Shown: positions 59,485 to 64,000 of the stretch, one piece after another
Layout of the letters: each line of letters begins with the position of its first letter
Position numbering within the stretch: the stretch's first letter is position 1
Source of the DNA: Pollutimonas bauzanensis
GTDB taxonomy: Bacteria; Pseudomonadota; Gammaproteobacteria; Burkholderiales; Burkholderiaceae_B
Reading direction: 5' to 3'
DNA length: 64,000 bases
Assembly (NCBI RefSeq): GCF_040393045.1
Contig: NZ_JBEBUX010000005.1
Coordinates: forward strand, 743 to 64,742
Made by a program: the position numbers and the translations under genes
The notes under the pieces: generated by a model
The model's database searches: none
Seen by the model: the letters and a program-made list of their open reading frames with translations, nothing else
Told to the model about the DNA's origin: nothing

Positions 59485-60918
59485 ATGCGATTATTTCCTT
59501 TATTTGCCGATCTTAAAGGCCGCCGTGTGCTCGTCGTAGGGGGCGGGGCCGTCGCCGAAAGAAAAGTAAAAAGCCTGCTGGCTTGCGGTGCTGCGGTAAC
59601 CGTTGGCGCACCCGAAGCAACAACTGAACTGCAACAACTACATGAACAAGACGTCATTCAATTTATACCGAGGGGCTTTGAGCCCGACTGGCTGAATGAC
59701 ATCTGGCTAGTGGTAGCAGCCACCGACGATAAAGCCACTAACAGGCTGATTGCCGGGCTCGCTACTGAAAAGCGGCTGTTTATCAATGTCGTTGATGATC
59801 CCGAGCTTTCCACCTTTCAGGTACCGTCCATCGTAGACCGCTCCCCATTGACGATTGCCATATCATCATCGGGACATGCCCCCGTGCTGGCACGCCGTGT
59901 TCGCGAGCGCATCGAAACCCTGTTCGATCACTCTCTGGGACCGCTGGTAGCATTGGCCGCCAAATACCGCACTGCCATACGGCAATCACGGCCCAACATG
60001 CGAAGCCGCCGGGAATTCTATGACTGGCTGCTGGATGGTCCCGTAGCCGGCGCCTTGCGCCGACAACAACCTCTCCTTGCCGAGCAGTCGCTGGAAAAAG
60101 AACTCGCGCAAACGCCGACGCCAGCAAAGGGCAAGGTCGTCCTGGTGGGCGCAGGTCCGGGCGACCCGGGCTTGCTTACCTTGCATGCCTTGCGCGCCCT
60201 GAACGAAGCCGACATCATTCTTTACGATCGATTAGTCAGCCCCGAAATACGCGAACTGGCGCGTCGCGACGCCACTCAGATATGCGTCGGCAAAACACCG
60301 GGTGAGAATCACCACGCGACCCAGGAGCGCATCCACCAACTAATGCTTGAACACGCCAGCAAAGGTCTGTTTGTCGTCAGGCTCAAGGGCGGCGACGCTT
60401 TTGTATTCGGCCGCGGCGGTGAAGAACTGGAATTCTTGCGTCAGCACGAAATTGACTACGAAGTGGTACCCGGCATTACAGCCGCCATGGCCTGTGCCGC
60501 GTATGCGGGCATCCCCCTGACCCATCGTGATCACGCCCAGTCCGTACGATTGAGCACGGCGCACTTCAGCAAGGATACGACCCCCGAAGACTGGGCGGCC
60601 TTGGCTCGGGAAAAACAGACCTTGGCTTTCTATATGGGCATCAGCCAACTTGACTGGCTACCCGGCCGCCTGATCGCACACGGCCGCGCGGCCGACACGC
60701 CTTTCGCGCTAATAGAAAACGGCACTCGCATGAATCAGCGAGTACTGCATGGCAAACTGGATGAATTGGCGGTGCAGGCCAGGCAACATGATTTCAAGTC
60801 GCCGTCGCTGCTATTGATAGGTGAAGTGACTGCGCTGGCGCCAAAACTGCAATGGTTTGGCACCAGCATAGCCAGTCAGGAAGTTACTTCGCTTCCATGT
60901 GAGTCGACAGCACTGTAA
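59485..60918 (+). CDS. cysG: Siroheme synthase (precorrin-2 dehydrogenase / ferrochelatase / uroporphyrinogen-III C-methyltransferase)
   Basis: N-terminal Rossmann [14 protein letters not shown]-terminal SUMT domain [16 protein letters not shown] and [18 protein letters not shown]. Confidence 0.92.
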   Translation: MRLFPLFADLKGRRVLVVGGGAVAERKVKSLLACGAAVTVGAPEATTELQQLHEQDVIQFIPRGFEPDWLNDIWLVVAATDDKATNRLIAGLATEKRLFINVVDDPELSTFQVPSIVDRSPLTIAISSSGHAPVLARRVRERIETLFDHSLGPLVALAAKYRTAIRQSRPNMRSRREFYDWLLDGPVAGALRRQQPLLAEQSLEKELAQTPTPAKGKVVLVGAGPGDPGLLTLHALRALNEADIILYDRLVSPEIRELARRDATQICVGKTPGENHHATQERIHQLMLEHASKGLFVVRLKGGDAFVFGRGGEELEFLRQHEIDYEVVPGITAAMACAAYAGIPLTHRDHAQSVRLSTAHFSKDTTPEDWAALAREKQTLAFYMGISQLDWLPGRLIAHGRAADTPFALIENGTRMNQRVLHGKLDELAVQARQHDFKSPSLLLIGEVTALAPKLQWFGTSIASQEVTSLPCESTAL

Positions 60919-62017
60919 GAATACGTTTGGCAGTGCCAGTATTCTGAACCTGGCCGTTCTGGTCAAGAACGGTCACAATCGAACCTGAACCTTGATCGGC
61001 AACATGAATGCGGTACGGTGTTGCCGCAGCCGTGTTTTTGCCACCGAACAAACGTCCGATAATGTTCTGCTGTTCGATTTTATCGCCCGAGTCGCTATCC
61101 AGATAACGAATGAAATAATCGCCAGAGGAACGATCGCGGTCATCAACAGCAAAACCAGCGCTATCAATTGCGACGCCTACGCGGCGCCATGCCCGGTCAA
61201 AAGATTCACCCAAAGTAATTGCAGCCTGCTGGTCATCAGACATTTGCGTGATCTGGGGCTGGTCGGCATCTTTTTCAGCCTGCGCCACCTTGTCTTGGGC
61301 AGTCTTGACATCAGTACCCAGGAAAACCATCAAGCGCGCCAGCATGGCAGCGTTCAGGCCCGGATCTTCTTTACCGAATATCCATTTGAATGCAGCGCCG
61401 TCCGGCGTGGGTGTTTCGACCATTTGCTGATGGCTGATATAGACTTCAGTCTTGCCATTGACGCGTTCGACTCGTGTCCGGAAACGCTCGCGCTCGCCGC
61501 TATCGAATACCTGATCGATAATGCTGCCCAGTGCGCTGCGAATCCAGCCTTCTGGAATCTTCGCGCGGTTTTCAGCCCAGTCGGTTTCCATCAGGCCTGT
61601 ACGAGGGTCTTGCGAATGCAGTGTAAAACCTTGGTCACCCCAGAACTCGACTATTTTTGGATACACCGTGTCAGCGGGCTGGTCGACCACCAGCCAACGA
61701 ATATCGCCATCACGCATGACCGATACACCGCTGGTTTCGGGAAGCACACCGCTACCCGTGGCGTTTTGCTGGGCCTGCTGGTTTTGCTGATACTGGCTTA
61801 ATGTAGCCGTGCCTTCAGGGGCGCGGAAATGGGCGTCCCGGTTAGCTTGTGTGAGATCGGGAGGAATGCTTAACGGGTCACCCGCGACGGTACTTTTGTA
61901 GTCAACCGATTCTTCGCTGCCCATCAGTTGGTTCATGGCCGAGCAGCCCGACAACAGCAACACACTCAAGCTTAGTGTAAAGCCGACACAGCGTTTGTTC
62001 ATACGCATATTTATCAT
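60884..62017 (-). CDS. bamC: Outer membrane protein assembly factor BamC (NlpB) lipoprotein
   Basis: Lipobox LLLSGC. Immediately downstream of dapA (TAAATG junction), as in many proteobacteria. Alternative starts at 62008 and 62002. Confidence 0.8.
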   Translation of the reverse strand: MINMRMNKRCVGFTLSLSVLLLSGCSAMNQLMGSEESVDYKSTVAGDPLSIPPDLTQANRDAHFRAPEGTATLSQYQQNQQAQQNATGSGVLPETSGVSVMRDGDIRWLVVDQPADTVYPKIVEFWGDQGFTLHSQDPRTGLMETDWAENRAKIPEGWIRSALGSIIDQVFDSGERERFRTRVERVNGKTEVYISHQQMVETPTPDGAAFKWIFGKEDPGLNAAMLARLMVFLGTDVKTAQDKVAQAEKDADQPQITQMSDDQQAAITLGESFDRAWRRVGVAIDSAGFAVDDRDRSSGDYFIRYLDSDSGDKIEQQNIIGRLFGGKNTAAATPYRIHVADQGSGSIVTVLDQNGQVQNTGTAKRILTVLSTHMEAK

Positions 62018-62920
62018 TTAGATCAAGCCCACTTCTTTTAACGAGTTGCGCACCACGCTGTGATACTGCTCGTGCAGGGAGGTTAAAGGTAAGCGATAGC
62101 CCAGTTTGGTCAGGCCCATTTCGGCCACGGCCCATTTAACGGGTATCGGATTGGATTCGACAAACAGTACTTTATTTAATGTACCCAGTTTTGCATTAAG
62201 CTGACGCGTCAGGGCCACGTCGCCGTTTACGGCGGCAACGCACAATTCGTGCATAAGCCTGGGCGCAACGTTGGCCGTAACCGAAATATTGCCACGACCA
62301 CCCAACAGCATTAACGCCGCCGCCGTGGCGTCGTCGCCGCTGACCACAGCGAAGCCGGCAGGCGCATCACGCACCAGCAAGGCACCGCGCGCGATATCGC
62401 CAGTGGCGTCTTTTACACCGATAATGCCAGGCACCTGGGCCAAGCGCAGGATCGTGTCGTTGGACATATCTGCAACCGTGCGGCCTGGCACGTTATACAA
62501 CACAGAAGGCAAGTCAACCGCTTCGGCGATAGTGCGAAAGTGCTGGTACAGGCCTTCCTGGCTGGGTTTATTGTAATAGGGCACCACCGACAGCCCGGCC
62601 TGCGCGCCGACTGCCTTGGCATGTCGGGTAAGGTCTATGGCTTCGGCAGTGGAGTTCCCGCCAATACCCGCGATAACGGGCAAACGTCCAGCGGAGTGTT
62701 CGACAGCGACCTTGATCAGTTCTGCATGCTCTTCGACATCGACTGTGGGCGATTCGCCCGACGTGCCAACCACCACCAAAGCGTCAGTGCCCTCGGCTGC
62801 ATGCCAATCGATCAGTTTTCGATAGGAGTCAAAGTCCAGGCTGCCATCGGGATGCATGGGTGTGACCAGGGCAACCATGCTGCCCTGAAGAATTGAAATC
62901 GCAGAATCCGCGTTTGCCAT
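62018..62920 (-). CDS. dapA: 4-hydroxy-tetrahydrodipicolinate synthase
   Basis: [19 protein letters not shown], and GVKDATGD (Schiff-base Lys region). Confidence 0.95.
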   Translation of the reverse strand: MANADSAISILQGSMVALVTPMHPDGSLDFDSYRKLIDWHAAEGTDALVVVGTSGESPTVDVEEHAELIKVAVEHSAGRLPVIAGIGGNSTAEAIDLTRHAKAVGAQAGLSVVPYYNKPSQEGLYQHFRTIAEAVDLPSVLYNVPGRTVADMSNDTILRLAQVPGIIGVKDATGDIARGALLVRDAPAGFAVVSGDDATAAALMLLGGRGNISVTANVAPRLMHELCVAAVNGDVALTRQLNAKLGTLNKVLFVESNPIPVKWAVAEMGLTKLGYRLPLTSLHEQYHSVVRNSLKEVGLI

Positions 62921-63002
62921 AATAGGAATGATCTCCTCGAACTCACCAAAATGGTGAACTTACCTAAATTAACCTACAAGTTTACCGGATAAGCGTTGGA
63001 GT

Positions 63003-63653
63003 TTATAAGAACCAATTAACAATTAACTGGCCGAACGCCAACAAAGGTTGCAGGACCGTCCAAAGAATCCCGGTCAACATCAGAATTATCAATATAACGA
63101 TGCCATAAGGCTCGATCTTGGAATATTGCCACGCCATGCGATCCGGCAGCAGGCTGAATACAATGCGCCCGCCGTCCAGCGGTGGCAAAGGCACCAAATT
63201 CAAGGCCATCAGGATCAGGTTCACCTGTATGCCGGCTATGGTCATTTGCACCCAGAAGTCGCTGGATGTCGCCCCCGTTTCAGCCAGGATACGCAAACCT
63301 ATCGCCCAGATAACGGCCATGACCAAGTTCGATGCGGGCCCAGCCAAAGCGACCCACAGCATGTCGCGTTTAGGACGACGCAGGCGGCTCCAGTCGACAG
63401 GCACCGGCTTGGCCCAGCCAAACAGCAAACCACCACCGCCCAGCAGCTTGGTGCTGAACAAGAGCACCAAGGGCACCACTATCGTGCCCATGGGGTCAAT
63501 GTGGCGTATAGGATTCAGGCTGATACGCCCCGCTTGCCAGGCAGTAGGGTCGCCGAACATTCTAGCCACGTATCCGTGCGCTGCTTCATGCAAGGTAATC
63601 CCGAACAGGACCGGCAAAGCATAAATAGTAATAGCCTGTATCAGTGATTCCAT
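63003..63653 (-). CDS. Site-2 protease (M50) family membrane metalloprotease
   Basis: LHEAAHGYVAR HExxH motif within a TM helix. Multi-pass membrane protein with a distal PLPPLDGG motif. Confidence 0.8.
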   Translation of the reverse strand: MESLIQAITIYALPVLFGITLHEAAHGYVARMFGDPTAWQAGRISLNPIRHIDPMGTIVVPLVLLFSTKLLGGGGLLFGWAKPVPVDWSRLRRPKRDMLWVALAGPASNLVMAVIWAIGLRILAETGATSSDFWVQMTIAGIQVNLILMALNLVPLPPLDGGRIVFSLLPDRMAWQYSKIEPYGIVILIILMLTGILWTVLQPLLAFGQLIVNWFL

Positions 63654-63732
63654 AAGTTTCCGCGCAAATACTCACCCGCACCACGGGCAGGCCAATATGA
63701 AGTAAGGCCGTAAAACAGCAATATAGTTCGCT

Positions 63733-64000
63733 TTATGCCAGGCCAAGGGCGGAAAGATCGCCTTGGCCACGCCGCACGACTTCCGGCGCTTCGCCAGTCA
63801 GGTCGATAACAGTAGTAGGCTGAAGCGCGCATGCCCCGCCATCGATGACGGCGGTCAACTGGTTGGCGTAACGATCAAAAATGACTTGGGCATCGTTCAG
63901 CGGTTCGTCTTCATCTTCGGGGATCAAGGTGGTCGACATCAGGGGCGAACCAGCGGCTTCAATCAGGGCCAACGTCACACGGTGGTTGGGAACCCGTATG
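63733..64000 (-). CDS. L-threonylcarbamoyladenylate synthase family protein (TsaC/YrdC/Sua5), C-terminal part; gene continues past the right edge
   Basis: ...HRVTLALIEAAGSPLMSTTLIPEDEDEPLNDAQVIFDRYANQLTAVIDGGACALQPTTVIDLTGE matches the YrdC-domain C-terminus. The frame remains open upstream of the GTG listed at 63978. Confidence 0.75.
   Translation of the reverse strand, partial: IRVPNHRVTLALIEAAGSPLMSTTLIPEDEDEPLNDAQVIFDRYANQLTAVIDGGACALQPTTVIDLTGEAPEVVRRGQGDLSALGLA

Noticed and set aside
60992-61801. 269-aa plus-strand ORF
   Set aside because: It lies antisense to bamC. It has no motifs.
63048-63647. 199-aa and 168-aa plus-strand ORFs
   Set aside because: They lie antisense to the M50 protease gene, which has an HExxH motif in a TM helix. 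They are shadow ORFs.

Overview
This looks like a chromosomal segment from a moderately GC-rich Gram-negative bacterium. It is most likely a betaproteobacterium of the Burkholderiales, Alcaligenaceae-like. That inference rests on five orphan Bug/TctC-type solute receptors and on the accA-tilS-lysC and cysS / TPR-ppiA-lpxH gene orders; no database search was possible. I call 59 protein-coding genes (two truncated by the window edges) and one tRNA-Ser(GCU).

Layout:
- 1-21 kb: accessory catabolic and transport clusters. These hold three IclR regulators, Bug receptors, a paired acyl-CoA dehydrogenase, an enoyl-CoA hydratase, a family III CoA-transferase, a CoA-acylating aldehyde dehydrogenase coupled to an acyl-CoA ligase, and a Dpp-like ABC importer with a PuuR-like regulator, a PuuB/OrdL-like flavin oxidase and a 2-hydroxyacid dehydrogenase.
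- 21-37 kb: housekeeping genes (tRNA-Ser, lysC, tilS, accA, cysS, ppiA, lpxH, carbonic anhydrase, uppP, suhB, trmJ, scoAB).
- 37-44 kb: an MlrC-like M81 peptidase flanked by Bug receptors, then a LysR regulator and an MscS-type channel.
- 44-64 kb: an uncharacterised PRC-barrel / ATP-grasp-like / hydrolase operon, then yggS, mutS, a RoxA-like oxygenase, cysJ-cysI-cysG, bamC-dapA, an M50 protease and a partial tsaC/yrdC gene.

I saw no rRNA, CRISPR array, IS element, integrase, prophage or recognisable defence system.

The most unusual signal is non-coding. A roughly 385-bp gap at 43959-44343 carries five DnaA boxes, arranged as two copies of a 23-bp inverted-box palindrome plus one single box. 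It sits where gene orientation switches from mostly minus (left) to mostly plus (right). It is therefore a candidate replication origin or a DARS/datA-like DnaA control locus.

All functional calls rest on motifs read from the translations. Start codons were refined by hand where a ribosome-binding site supported it.
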